Assembly: GCA_963666925.2 (NCBI GenBank) | Contig: CAXXTC010000005.1 | Coordinates: forward strand, 32,001-96,000 | Origin: Phycisphaerae bacterium | GTDB taxonomy: Bacteria > Planctomycetota > Phycisphaerae > UBA1845 > Fen-1342 | Length of the DNA: 64,000 bases | Direction of reading: 5' to 3' | In this document: positions 18,624 to 28,115 of the stretch, in pieces | How positions within the stretch are numbered: the stretch's first letter is position 1 | Layout of the letters: each line of letters starts with the position of its first letter | Program-made: the position numbers and the translations under genes | The notes under the pieces: generated by a model | What the model was told of the DNA's origin: nothing | Database searches by the model: none | The model's input: only the letters and a program-made list of their open reading frames with translations

Positions 18624-20075
18624 TCACTCCTGTCGGCTCAGCAGCGCCACACGCCCATCGCCAGTCCTGTCATCCCCATCAACCACACTCAGCCCGCGCA
18701 GAATCCCATACGCCTTGGCCATGGTCTCGTCATACTCGGCCGCCGGATCGGAGTCAGCCACGATCCCGCCGCCCACGTAGAGTGTCGCCGTTTGCTCGTG
18801 AATCTGCAAAGTGCGAATGGCCACATTGGCCGTCAGGCTACCGTCCAGCCCGAGCGCACAAACCGCCCCCGTGTAGGCCCCACGCGCCACCGGCTCCAAC
18901 TCGTCGATGATCTCGAGCGCCCGGATCTTCGGCACGCCGACGATCGAGCCGGCCGGAAAACACGCCCTGAGCAGATCCAGCGCCGCTCGACCCGGCGCCA
19001 GTCGCCCGACCACATCTGCCACGGTGTGAAACACGGCCGGATGGGCCTCGGTGCGCCGCGCCCAGGGCACCGACACCGAGCCGGGCACGCACACCCGCCC
19101 CAGGTCGTTGCGATGCAGGTCGACGATCATCACCAGCTCGGCCGCCTCCTTGGCCGACGCCTCCAACTCGTGCCGATGAACAGCGTCACGCTCCGCATCG
19201 CCGGTGCGCGGCCGCGTGCCCTTGATCGGCCGGGTCAAAACACGATCGCCGCGCAGCGACAGCATCAGCTCGGGCGACACCGACGCGATCGCGCCGCCGG
19301 GCCAGTGCAGCAGAGCCGCATACGGCGCCGGGTTCACCTGTCGCAGCGTCGCGTACGCCCCGCGCACGTCGCTCACGGCGCCGACGTGCATCCGCTGCGC
19401 GAGATTAACCTGGTATATATCGCCGGCCGCGATGTACTCCAGCGCCCGCCGAACCGCTCGCTCATGCTCCACCCGCGATTGCTCATACACCACCCGCCGC
19501 ACCACATCACTTGTGACACCAGTTTGCGCTGTGGCACCGGTTTGTAACCGGTGCTTGAGATCACCACCCGCACCCCGAACCCCCAAACAATCCGCCAGCC
19601 CCGGTGCGCCGATCTCATACGCCCGCCGCGACGCGTGATCCAGCACGATCACCCGATCGAACAACGCCAGCCGCATCAGCGGCAACCCCAGGTCGAACCG
19701 GTGCGTTGCCGGCAGCCGCTCCAGGTACCGGGCCTGCTCAAACCCCACATACCCAACCCAGCCGGGGCCCAGATCGGTCGGCCCGCTCGGCCAGGTACCG
19801 ATCTGCTCCACCACCCGCTGCCACAGGCACCACCCGTCGACGTCCTCAGCCAGCACGCCCCCGTCGGCAATCAACGTCGCCGCCCGCCCCTCATACTGTT
19901 CGAGCACCGCCAACGGCTCAGACGCAATCAGGCTCAGCTCAGCTCCGCGTGGGTGGCCGGCCACGTCGGCAGTGCTGTCGAGCCAGGCCAACTCGCCGCC
20001 CCCTGCCAGCGCGCCCGCCAGCCGCGCCACATCGCGCGGAAAAGGCACCTCTGCTATCTGCCAGGCCGAACTCAT
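18624..20075 (-). CDS. pabB: Aminodeoxychorismate synthase component I
   Basis: GDIYQVNL, SPELML, PabB-type PIKGT (not TrpE PIAGT), MIVDLHRNDLG, GGGIVADS. Confidence 0.9.
   Translation of the reverse strand: MSSAWQIAEVPFPRDVARLAGALAGGGELAWLDSTADVAGHPRGAELSLIASEPLAVLEQYEGRAATLIADGGVLAEDVDGWCLWQRVVEQIGTWPSGPTDLGPGWVGYVGFEQARYLERLPATHRFDLGLPLMRLALFDRVIVLDHASRRAYEIGAPGLADCLGVRGAGGDLKHRLQTGATAQTGVTSDVVRRVVYEQSRVEHERAVRRALEYIAAGDIYQVNLAQRMHVGAVSDVRGAYATLRQVNPAPYAALLHWPGGAIASVSPELMLSLRGDRVLTRPIKGTRPRTGDAERDAVHRHELEASAKEAAELVMIVDLHRNDLGRVCVPGSVSVPWARRTEAHPAVFHTVADVVGRLAPGRAALDLLRACFPAGSIVGVPKIRALEIIDELEPVARGAYTGAVCALGLDGSLTANVAIRTLQIHEQTATLYVGGGIVADSDPAAEYDETMAKAYGILRGLSVVDGDDRTGDGRVALLSRQE
19512..19556. 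repeat. Family A REP unit plus degenerate half-unit inside the pabB coding sequence
   Basis: 19529-19556 CTGTGGCACCGGTTTGTAACCGGTGCTT is identical to intergenic 58841-58868. Confidence 0.85.
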
Positions 20076-20255
20076 GGCCAGCATGTTACCGGACCACCAT
20101 CACAACGACATCCGTGCGCAGCTCCCGGCCACCCCCAGCCAAAAACGCCCGTATCGCAAAAACTTCCACCAATCTCACTCTCCACTGGTCTACACTTACC
20201 AGTGGTGGCCACTGTCAATGCGTCCCGAAGCACGCCAGACCGCACGAGGCCTGTC

Positions 20256-20852
20256 ATGAAGCTCACCCACGCACTCCTGCTCGTCGCCGGGCTCACGCTG
20301 CTCTGCTCCAGCCCGCCGGCCGGCGCCGACGACTTCGCTATCCGTTTCACGTACCGCGACAACGGCGACTCCTGCCGCATACCCGCCTGCCGCAATCTCC
20401 CGGGCGAACCGGTGGTGTACTACGACCTGAGCGTGCCGGGGATCTACCGCTCCTGCGCAGCCAGTGCCGTGATCTACGAACCGGCCCCCGCCGTAGCAAA
20501 CGAAATGTACGTGCCATACGTCGTCGTCCAACCCCCACGGACACGTTACTACCGCCCGAACTACTACGCCGGCCACCGCGTGATCTACCGCAACCAGCCA
20601 CCACGCGTCATCCACCAGCGCCGCATCGTGCACGAGCGCACCATTCGACGAATACACCGCCAGCGCTGCACGCCAACCGTCCGCCGCACATACGCCCGTC
20701 GAACAGACCAACTCTGGCCGGCCAGATCAACCATCGGTGTATATCACACGCGCCACCCCATGACACGGATCCATCGTGGCGTGCACAGGCAACCCGCCCC
20801 GCGGATCCACCCGCGGCCCAGCCACCGCATTCCCGTGCGACACAGAAGGTAG
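20256..20852 (+). CDS. Secreted hypothetical protein with an Arg/His-rich C-terminus
   Basis: GAGG RBS, MKLTHALLLVAGLTLLC...AGA signal; fills the gap between pabB and pepA. Confidence 0.7.
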   Translation: MKLTHALLLVAGLTLLCSSPPAGADDFAIRFTYRDNGDSCRIPACRNLPGEPVVYYDLSVPGIYRSCAASAVIYEPAPAVANEMYVPYVVVQPPRTRYYRPNYYAGHRVIYRNQPPRVIHQRRIVHERTIRRIHRQRCTPTVRRTYARRTDQLWPARSTIGVYHTRHPMTRIHRGVHRQPAPRIHPRPSHRIPVRHRR

Positions 20853-20864
20853 CAGCCCTATCAG

Positions 20865-22382
20865 CTACGCGCCGCGCTGGCGCAGCAGTTCCACGATCAG
20901 ACGCACGCCGAATCCGGTCGCACCCTTGCCCGTCGGCAGGCCGTTGTTCTCGTTCGTAGCCACCGAAGCAATATCAAGATGCGCCCAGGGCGTATCCGCC
21001 TCCACGAATTCCTTCAGGAACATCCCCCCCACAATCGCGTGGGCTGCCCGCTTGCCCGCCGAGTTCTTGATGTCCGCCTCGGTGCTCTTGATCGACTCGC
21101 GGTAGTCGTCCCACAGCGGCAAACGCCACAGCCGCTCGTGCGTCACCCGCCCAGCTTCACCCAGGTCACTCGCCAATGCATCATCGTTCGACATCAGCCC
21201 GGCCGCCTGGCTGCCCAGCGCCACGCCCACGCCCCCGGTCAGCGTCGCCAGGTCGATCAGCGTCGTCGGCCGGAGCTTCCGCTGGGCGTACCACAAGGCG
21301 TCGGCCAGCACCAGCCGCCCTTCCGCGTCCGTGCTAATGACCTCGACCGTTTTGCCGCTCATCATGTCGATGATGTCGCCGGGCTTGTAGGCCTTTTCCG
21401 AAACGGCATTCTCCGCCGCCGCAATCAGCCCCACGACGTTGCACTTGAGCTTCAAGCTGGCGACGGCCTTCATAATACCCAGCACCGTCATGCCGCCGCA
21501 CTTGTCGAACTTCATCTCCTCCAACCCGCTCGACGGCTTGATCGAATACCCGCCGGTATCAAACGTAATCGCCTTGCCGACCAGGACCGTAGTGGCCCGA
21601 GCCCGCGGCGTACCGCGATACTCCAACTGTATCAGACAGGCCGGCTGCTGCGCGCCTTGCCCAACCGCAAGCAACCCGCCCATGCCAAGCTGCTTGAGCC
21701 GCGGAGTGTTGAGCACCGTGCACTTGAGCTTCGACTCGCGCGCCAGACGGCGTGCCTCGGTAGCCAGCGTGGCGGGGTTAATCACGTTGGCTGGCTCATG
21801 CCCCAGCCGACGCGTGTAGTTAACCGCGTCTGCCATCTTCAGCACATCGCGCACGCCGGCCTGCGCCCGCCGCAGATAAGCTCCCTGGCTGGCGCGCAGC
21901 TCGACGCGCACCTTCGCCGGCGGCCGCTCCTCCGGCGTCTTGTGATTCAGAAAACGATAACCGGCCAGCGCCATGCCCAGGGCAAACTCGGCCGTCGCAT
22001 CGGCCACCCGCGTCGCCACCAGCCCATCGATCCACATCGCCGCCCGCTCGATCTGCTCTCCCATCAACCAGCGCGCCGCAGCCGCGCCGGCCTGACGCAC
22101 CTGGTGCGCCCGCAATTCGTCAGCCGCCCCCAAGCTGATCAGCAACACCCGCGGGCACTTGCCCGTCGTTCCGCTGTGCGCAAGCTGACCCACCTTGCCC
22201 CGCAGCGCCTTGACCTCCATCAGCCGCGCTACCGCCCCACCACAGAACTTGTCCACTCGGCTAACCAGTTCCATCGGCGGCTGGGGTTTGGCCTGTACCG
22301 GCACCAGGAGCACGTCGCCGGCCGGCGCCCCCTGCTCCGCAGTCGTAAACGAAAACGCCGTCCCGCTCGTGTTCTTCGCCAT
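20865..22382 (-). CDS. pepA: Leucyl aminopeptidase (M17)
   Basis: VGKAITFDTGG, MKFDKCG, STDAEGRL, DLATLTG, WAHLDIA. Confidence 0.95.
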   Translation of the reverse strand: MAKNTSGTAFSFTTAEQGAPAGDVLLVPVQAKPQPPMELVSRVDKFCGGAVARLMEVKALRGKVGQLAHSGTTGKCPRVLLISLGAADELRAHQVRQAGAAAARWLMGEQIERAAMWIDGLVATRVADATAEFALGMALAGYRFLNHKTPEERPPAKVRVELRASQGAYLRRAQAGVRDVLKMADAVNYTRRLGHEPANVINPATLATEARRLARESKLKCTVLNTPRLKQLGMGGLLAVGQGAQQPACLIQLEYRGTPRARATTVLVGKAITFDTGGYSIKPSSGLEEMKFDKCGGMTVLGIMKAVASLKLKCNVVGLIAAAENAVSEKAYKPGDIIDMMSGKTVEVISTDAEGRLVLADALWYAQRKLRPTTLIDLATLTGGVGVALGSQAAGLMSNDDALASDLGEAGRVTHERLWRLPLWDDYRESIKSTEADIKNSAGKRAAHAIVGGMFLKEFVEADTPWAHLDIASVATNENNGLPTGKGATGFGVRLIVELLRQRGA

Positions 22383-22478
22383 GTATGCACCTCGAGTCCT
22401 TGGATTTGCTTTGGCAGCGGGGCAGCCTAACACGCAGACTCCGATCCGCAAGGCATTCCCCCCTTCCACCTGGGAAGA

Positions 22479-23129
22479 TCAACGCAACTCGTCCGGATGA
22501 TCAACCACCAGGTCAGCACCAGCCGCCTCAAGGTCCGCCCGCGGCCGAAATCCCCACGCCACACCCACACCAACCGCGCCAGCCGCCTGCGCCGTCGCAA
22601 TATCCGTCGGCGTATCTCCCACCATCCACGTATCCGCCGGTCGAACGCCGAGCGTTTCGCAGATCCGCTCCAGATAGTACGGCGACGGCTTGCGGTGTTG
22701 CTCTTCCAGGTAGCCCTGAATCACATCAAACGTACTATTGGGCCAGAACGTTCGCACCACCCGCACCGTCAACTCGTGCGGCTTGTTCGACAATACCGCC
22801 AGCCGCACACCCGCCGACCTCAGCCGCTCGACCAATTCCACCACCCCCGGATAGGGCCGGGTCTGGTCCACTACGCGCGTCCGATAGTACGGCCGCACCA
22901 ACTCGGCCAGGCGCCCGACCAAGTGCGGATGAGTCTGCCCCAACGCCCGCTCGCAGAGCTTCGGAACGCCCTCGCCAACCATGTAGCGATAGCTCTGTAT
23001 CGGAAAGGTCTCCAACCCGAGCAGTTCCAGGCAATGATTCAGGGCTGCCGCGATGTCGCCCAGCGAATCAACCAGCGTGCCATCCAGGTCAAGCACGCAA
23101 CAACCAGCCTCCGTAATCGATCCCGGCAT
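22479..23129 (-). CDS. HAD-family phosphatase (phosphoglycolate phosphatase-like)
   Basis: DLDGTLVDS, LSNK, KPSP, MVGDTPTD. Confidence 0.9.
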   Translation of the reverse strand: MPGSITEAGCCVLDLDGTLVDSLGDIAAALNHCLELLGLETFPIQSYRYMVGEGVPKLCERALGQTHPHLVGRLAELVRPYYRTRVVDQTRPYPGVVELVERLRSAGVRLAVLSNKPHELTVRVVRTFWPNSTFDVIQGYLEEQHRKPSPYYLERICETLGVRPADTWMVGDTPTDIATAQAAGAVGVGVAWGFRPRADLEAAGADLVVDHPDELR

Positions 23130-23183
23130 AATTGGATACCCGCACATCACTGGGGACACTGCCACCTCTGGACGACGAATCTC

Positions 23184-23189
23184 TATAAT
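23184..23189 (+). promoter_or_regulatory. -10 element
   Basis: Perfect TATAAT about 70 nt upstream of the ATG at 23262. Confidence 0.5.
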
Positions 23190-23261
23190 ACCAGGAAGGT
23201 TGCCCGGGTTCGAAGCAGCGCCGGCGCACCATCCACACTGCACTTATGGGAGCAACGTGCC

Positions 23262-24509
23262 ATGCGCTTGGCAGCAGTTACCTGCGTCACCAGCGTTATT
23301 TTGATAGTCCTGGCAGCTCAGCCAACCTACGCCCAGGAGACTGACGATCCGGCGGTGAGCTATAGCAGCCTGATCAATATCGATTCGCTCATCGAGAACC
23401 ACGTCCGCTTCCTGGCCCGCAAATACACCCTTTCCGACGATCAGGAGGCCTTCACCGAGGAGTACCTCCACACCCGCGCAGACGAATTCCTCAAACATCA
23501 CCGCGACGAGATGTTCAACCTGGTCGACCAACTCTTCGCCGTCCGCGCCGGCGGGGACATGTCGCAACAGGACCTCGTCGAGTGGGGCAAACACGCCCTG
23601 CCGCTCTACCAGGAGGCCAAACTGCTGATCGTCGAGGGCAACGCCGAGTGGCGCGAGGTGCTCACACCCGAGCAGCAACTGATTCACGATCAGGATCTCG
23701 ACCTGATGTACCGTCAGTTCAACGAGACCGAGGACCAGTTGGAACGCATCGTCACGGGCCAGATGACCGTGGATGAATTTCGGCGTGGCCCGGGCAAGCT
23801 GGCCGGCTCGACCCCGCGACGCAAGGCCCCCAGCATCAAACCCCAAACCCCAACCAAGTCACCGACCGCCGCGCCGGCCCCCGCCGGCAAACCCGGCCGC
23901 ACCGTGCCGGCGGAGAAACCCGCCGACAAGCGACCGCCATCACGCCGACCTAGTCCACGCCGGGGCTCGGCGGCCAAACCCGATCCGGGCGCCGGCTCGG
24001 ACAACGAGATCGCCGAACGCATCCGCGAGCGGGCAGCCCAACAACGCCGCTCGGGCGGAAAGAGCCGCCCCTCAAGAAACCGCCCAGCCCGCGTGGACGA
24101 CGATTACGCCAGCCAGTGGGAACGCTACGTCGAGGATTTCATCACCCGCTACAAGCTCGATGACGGGCAAACCGAGCGGGCCCGGGCCATCCTCAAGGAC
24201 TGCCAGGAACAGGCCAATCGACACATGCAGCGGGCCAAGCCACGCATCGATCAGCTCGAACGACAGATGGAAAAGACCGGCAGCGAAGAACGCGCCGCCA
24301 AGCTGCGCGAGCGACTCGACCAGCAAAAACAGCGGCTGCTCCAGCCGATAGGCATAATCTTCGAAAGCCGACTGAAACCCAGCCTCGAAAAGCTGCCCAC
24401 CCGCGCGCAGCGCGCCGCAGCCGCCAACAGCCCCGCACGCAACAAAGACCGCGACCGCAAACCGGGAAGGCCCGATAACCGCAAGCCGGGGCAACGCAAC
24501 CGAAAGTAG
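23262..24509 (+). CDS. Exported helical hypothetical protein
   Basis: GGGAG RBS, signal peptide, two helical domains separated by a Pro/Lys/Arg-rich linker. Confidence 0.75.
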   Translation: MRLAAVTCVTSVILIVLAAQPTYAQETDDPAVSYSSLINIDSLIENHVRFLARKYTLSDDQEAFTEEYLHTRADEFLKHHRDEMFNLVDQLFAVRAGGDMSQQDLVEWGKHALPLYQEAKLLIVEGNAEWREVLTPEQQLIHDQDLDLMYRQFNETEDQLERIVTGQMTVDEFRRGPGKLAGSTPRRKAPSIKPQTPTKSPTAAPAPAGKPGRTVPAEKPADKRPPSRRPSPRRGSAAKPDPGAGSDNEIAERIRERAAQQRRSGGKSRPSRNRPARVDDDYASQWERYVEDFITRYKLDDGQTERARAILKDCQEQANRHMQRAKPRIDQLERQMEKTGSEERAAKLRERLDQQKQRLLQPIGIIFESRLKPSLEKLPTRAQRAAAANSPARNKDRDRKPGRPDNRKPGQRNRK

Positions 24510-24673
24510 CTTCAACGAAAACCTGGCGGCTAGCCCGGCAGACCGACTGCCAACGACCCGCTGAACCCCAACCTCCAAATGACCGATATTGCGAATGGAG
24601 CAGCGGGAGACTATTTGTGCAATGGTATCGGCCGTGAGCCGAGCCTCACGGCATGTCTGAGAAGGAGAAACGC

Positions 24674-24922
24674 ATGCAAGCCATGCTGAAACGCGGACGA
24701 CGATGGATGCTGGCACTGGTAGCCGGCGGCAGCCTCTTCGTCCTCGAAAGCTGCGACACAACGGTGCGAGACACGGTGCTCACGGGCGTCGGGACAGCCG
24801 CCACAACCCTCTCCAGCACCTTCATCTCGGCCTTCATCGAATCCCTGCAATCCGACGATTCCGAAGAAACGGCATCGACCGTGCGCAACTTCGACGAGCT
24901 GTTCCCGCAGGTCTTCGGCTAA
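24674..24922 (+). CDS. Small lipoprotein-like hypothetical protein
   Basis: AAGGAG RBS; MQAMLKRGRRWMLALVAGGSLFVLESC then an amphipathic segment. Confidence 0.7.
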   Translation: MQAMLKRGRRWMLALVAGGSLFVLESCDTTVRDTVLTGVGTAATTLSSTFISAFIESLQSDDSEETASTVRNFDELFPQVFG

Positions 24923-25038
24923 ACCCGCCCCTGGCCAACCAACCGCCCGGGCAGCATCAGCGAACAGGTAACCACCCCAACGGGCCGATCACGCCCCATA
25001 CCATCGGCGTGCTCGGCCCGCTGCTTGCGCCACCCAGA

Positions 25039-26094
25039 TCAGCTAGCGATTTCCGCCTGCTCATGCGCTCGCCGACGTCGCGACAGCAGAATCGCCAGCT
25101 CAATCGCCGCTCGCATCGAACCCGCATCGGCCCGACTCTTACCCGCAATATCGTAAGCGGTCCCGTGATCCGGGCTCGTACGCACAACGTCCAGCCCCAG
25201 CGTCGTCTGGGCCGCCTGGTGAAACGCACGCATCTTCACCGGTATCAGCCCCTGATCGTGATACATCGCCACCAGCCCGTCGAATTGGCTCAGAACGTCC
25301 GGCACAAACGCGGTGTCCGGCGGCAGCGGCCCGGTCACGTGGATTCCCGAGTTGCGCGCCATCCCCAGCGCCGGTTCGATAATACGCCGCTCCTCGTCCC
25401 CTATCAGACCATCCTCCCCCGCGTGCGGGTTCAGGCCCAGCACGCCAATGTGCGGCCGCCGCAGGCCAAACCAATCCCGCAGCGCCCGATCGAGCAGGTC
25501 GATCGGCTGATGCACCATCCCGATCGTGAAGGAGTTATGCAGCTCGAACAGCGGCACATGATCAGAAGCCAGCACCACGCGCAGCTCATCCGCCACGAAC
25601 AGCATATTCACCCGCCGCGTCTCGAACCGCTGCGCCAGCAGATCTGTGTGACCAGCAAAGCGATGGCGGGCGATGTGCCAGGCGTGCTTGCTGATCGGCG
25701 CCGTCACCAGCGCATCGATCAACCCCCGCTTCAGATGCCGAATGCCCGCTTCGACAAACACAAACGAGGCGTGCCCACCGAGCGCGGTCGGCTCACGCTG
25801 ACCGTTCGGCCGAATCGGCGGCAAATCGTCAAAATCCGCCAGCAACACCCCGCTGGCCACGCGCGGGCCGTGATCCTGCGGCTCGCGCCACCAGAACACC
25901 GGCACCTCGGCCTGGTCGGCCGCCACCTCGAGCACATCGTGCAGCCCGATTATGACAAAACGCGCCCGCCCGCGCAGCCCCGGATCCGCCAGGGCCTTCA
26001 CGATTACCTCCGGCCCAACACCCAGCGGATCCCCCATGCTGATCCCGATCAGCGGCAGGTCACGCTCCGGAGACGTCGGACCGTCGGCCTTCAT
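25039..26094 (-). CDS. pdxA: 4-hydroxythreonine-4-phosphate dehydrogenase
   Basis: MGDPLGVGPE, TAPISK, GHTD, GLNPHAGE, AMYHDQG, RTSPDHGTA. Confidence 0.95.
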   Translation of the reverse strand: MKADGPTSPERDLPLIGISMGDPLGVGPEVIVKALADPGLRGRARFVIIGLHDVLEVAADQAEVPVFWWREPQDHGPRVASGVLLADFDDLPPIRPNGQREPTALGGHASFVFVEAGIRHLKRGLIDALVTAPISKHAWHIARHRFAGHTDLLAQRFETRRVNMLFVADELRVVLASDHVPLFELHNSFTIGMVHQPIDLLDRALRDWFGLRRPHIGVLGLNPHAGEDGLIGDEERRIIEPALGMARNSGIHVTGPLPPDTAFVPDVLSQFDGLVAMYHDQGLIPVKMRAFHQAAQTTLGLDVVRTSPDHGTAYDIAGKSRADAGSMRAAIELAILLSRRRRAHEQAEIAS

Positions 26095-26762
26095 AGGAAA
26101 CCACGCTCCGCCAGGCTGGCAAGGTTCACACCTGCCGGCGCCGCCCCAGACTCGCCCACGCCGAGACGACTCATCACTGCCCGCACTAACATATCCGTCT
26201 CAATGTTGACCCGCGCTGCCGGACCACGCTCCTTCAGCACCGTGTTTTCCAGCGTGGTCGGCACCAACGCCACGGACAGCAGTGGCGGCGTGACATCAAC
26301 CACCGTCAGGCTCGTGCCGTCGATCGCAATCGAACCTTTCGGAACGACATTGCGGAACACCTCCTGCTCGGCGCGCAGCCTCAGCTTCCACTCACCGCCG
26401 CCGCGATCGATCCGCTCGACCGTTCCCACCGCGTCCACGTGCCCCTGGACAAAATGCCCGTCCAGCCGATCGCCGACCCGCAGCGAGCGTTCCAGGTTCA
26501 CGCGGCCACCCACCTGAAGCTCACGCAAAGTGGTGCGTTGCCAGGTTTCGGGCACGACGTCGAAGTTCGCCACCGTGCCCGCCAGACGCGCCACCGTCAG
26601 GCACACGCCGTTGACCGCCACGCTGGCCCCCAACGGCAGTTGCTCACTCAACGGGCCGACATCCACCGCCAGCGGGAAGGCCGCACTGCCGTCCGGGTCG
26701 CGTCGCGCCGCCCGGGCCAGGGCCGTCACAGTCCCCACGTGTTCGATGATGCCGGTGAACAA
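26091..26762 (-). CDS. ribE: Riboflavin synthase (alpha chain)
   Basis: TTG start giving (M)FTGIIE; SVAVNGVCLT, VNLERSL, GHFVQGHVD, KGSIAIDGTSLT. Confidence 0.95.
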   Translation of the reverse strand: MFTGIIEHVGTVTALARAARRDPDGSAAFPLAVDVGPLSEQLPLGASVAVNGVCLTVARLAGTVANFDVVPETWQRTTLRELQVGGRVNLERSLRVGDRLDGHFVQGHVDAVGTVERIDRGGGEWKLRLRAEQEVFRNVVPKGSIAIDGTSLTVVDVTPPLLSVALVPTTLENTVLKERGPAARVNIETDMLVRAVMSRLGVGESGAAPAGVNLASLAERGFL

Positions 26763-26822
26763 GTCACTACACTCCGATGAGCGCCGGTAGCCCCGCGGCC
26801 CAGGCCGCATCAACGCCATTGT

Positions 26823-26861
26823 AAACAAAAGGAACACCTCCGGGCCAACCGAAGGTGTTCC
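26823..26861 (-). terminator. Rho-independent terminator
   Basis: Minus strand GGAACACCTTCGG-TTGGC-CCGGAGGTGTTCC followed by TTTTGTTT, downstream of the 26909-27379 gene. Confidence 0.85.
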
Positions 26862-26908
26862 GCATATCGAATCGATGGCCGGACAGACACGCCCAGGCCC
26901 GTGCCGCC

Positions 26909-27379
26909 TCAGATCGAGCTTTGTGCCTCGCGGGCAACCTGATCGATGAAATCGTCGTTGTTGATATCGCCGAAGAGGTCCTGAACCTCGCTGATGACGG
27001 TCTCGGCCACGCCCTCCGGAATCACGATGTCGTTCACGTTCATGTCCTGGATGTTGGCCAGGTCGTCGAACGTGCGGATGTTGTTCGCCGCTATCAACTC
27101 GACAGCCGCCGCGGCCAACTCGTCGCTGACAGTGGGAATCGGCTGTCCGGTGAAATCGGCGGCCAAGTCAGACATCAGTTGCAGATCATCCGGGTTGAGG
27201 GTGGTCAGCTCAGCGCTCCCAGCCGCGATGTTGCTCAGCTTCAACCCCAGAGAAATCGGGTTGCTCCCCCCCTGATACTCTTCCCCGATGATATCACTCT
27301 GAGACTGGAAACAACCGGTCAGCAACAGCAGACCAACAGCTCCACCCAGAGACAGGACAAGCGGCTTCCGTGCCAGCAT
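26909..27379 (-). CDS. Acidic lipoprotein, hypothetical
   Basis: Lipobox LLLTGC; GGAG RBS. Confidence 0.75.
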   Translation of the reverse strand: MLARKPLVLSLGGAVGLLLLTGCFQSQSDIIGEEYQGGSNPISLGLKLSNIAAGSAELTTLNPDDLQLMSDLAADFTGQPIPTVSDELAAAAVELIAANNIRTFDDLANIQDMNVNDIVIPEGVAETVISEVQDLFGDINNDDFIDQVAREAQSSI

Positions 27380-27391
27380 CGTGACGTCTCC

Positions 27392-27946
27392 TTACGGTAA
27401 TTCAGCCAGAAGTAGATCCGAGTCAAAATCGATAAACAGTGCCTCCAGAGTATCGGCAAGTGTCTCGTCCGAAATGACGGTCGAACTGTCTTCCAGGGCG
27501 ACTACCAGCTCCGCTGGCGTGGCCACGTTGCGTCGCTCAAACCAGTTGCGAATCGTGAGGGCCTCATTGTCAGTCAGCTCGACATCCAGATCGTCACTCG
27601 AATCAACCGCGCTGGCTTCGTCGCCGTAAATCTGGATCTCGTCCGGCGTAAGCGCTTTCAGATCGGGCTCCACTACCTTCGCATACGCCGACCGCAGGTC
27701 TCCCCCATACTGGTTCGCCAACCGCTCGTCGATCAACAAAGCATTGATCGTCCGCTCCGAAATCCCCAGCTCCGCCAGCGCTATGCGCATTTCCTGCGCG
27801 GTGAGGTTGCTGTCCTCACGGATCATGTCAATCTCGTCCAGGGCCGCGTCGAGCGTGTTCGAATACAGCTCCGACGGACACCCCCCACCCAGCATCCAGA
27901 ATCCCGAAAATAGACAGATCGCCAGACTGTGTACCAGCCGTCTCAC
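27392..27946 (-). CDS. Acidic lipoprotein, hypothetical
   Basis: GTG start after GAGG; MLGGGCPS lipobox-like motif. Confidence 0.7.
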   Translation of the reverse strand: MRRLVHSLAICLFSGFWMLGGGCPSELYSNTLDAALDEIDMIREDSNLTAQEMRIALAELGISERTINALLIDERLANQYGGDLRSAYAKVVEPDLKALTPDEIQIYGDEASAVDSSDDLDVELTDNEALTIRNWFERRNVATPAELVVALEDSSTVISDETLADTLEALFIDFDSDLLLAELP

Positions 27947-28115
27947 AGAACACCTCGCCTCCTGGCCACGTTCCCTTCCTGCCCCGCGGCGAACACTGAC
28001 GATGAAACTACACCGCCGGCGCACGTATCAGTATGATATATCGGACACCCGGGCTGACAAGCAGCAGGACAGTTCGACCCTGAAGCAAGCCATCAGCCCC
28101 GTCCGGGAGCAACAC

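Noticed and set aside
19551..20255. Long N-terminal extensions given by the ORF track (e.g. 19551, 22497, 27744, 54263, 13430)
   Set aside because: They overlap opposite-strand or upstream genes; RBS, signal peptides and family N-termini support the later starts
23195..23231. GGTTCGAA...CACCA resembling a tRNA 3' end
   Set aside because: The T-stem does not pair and no cloverleaf can be built
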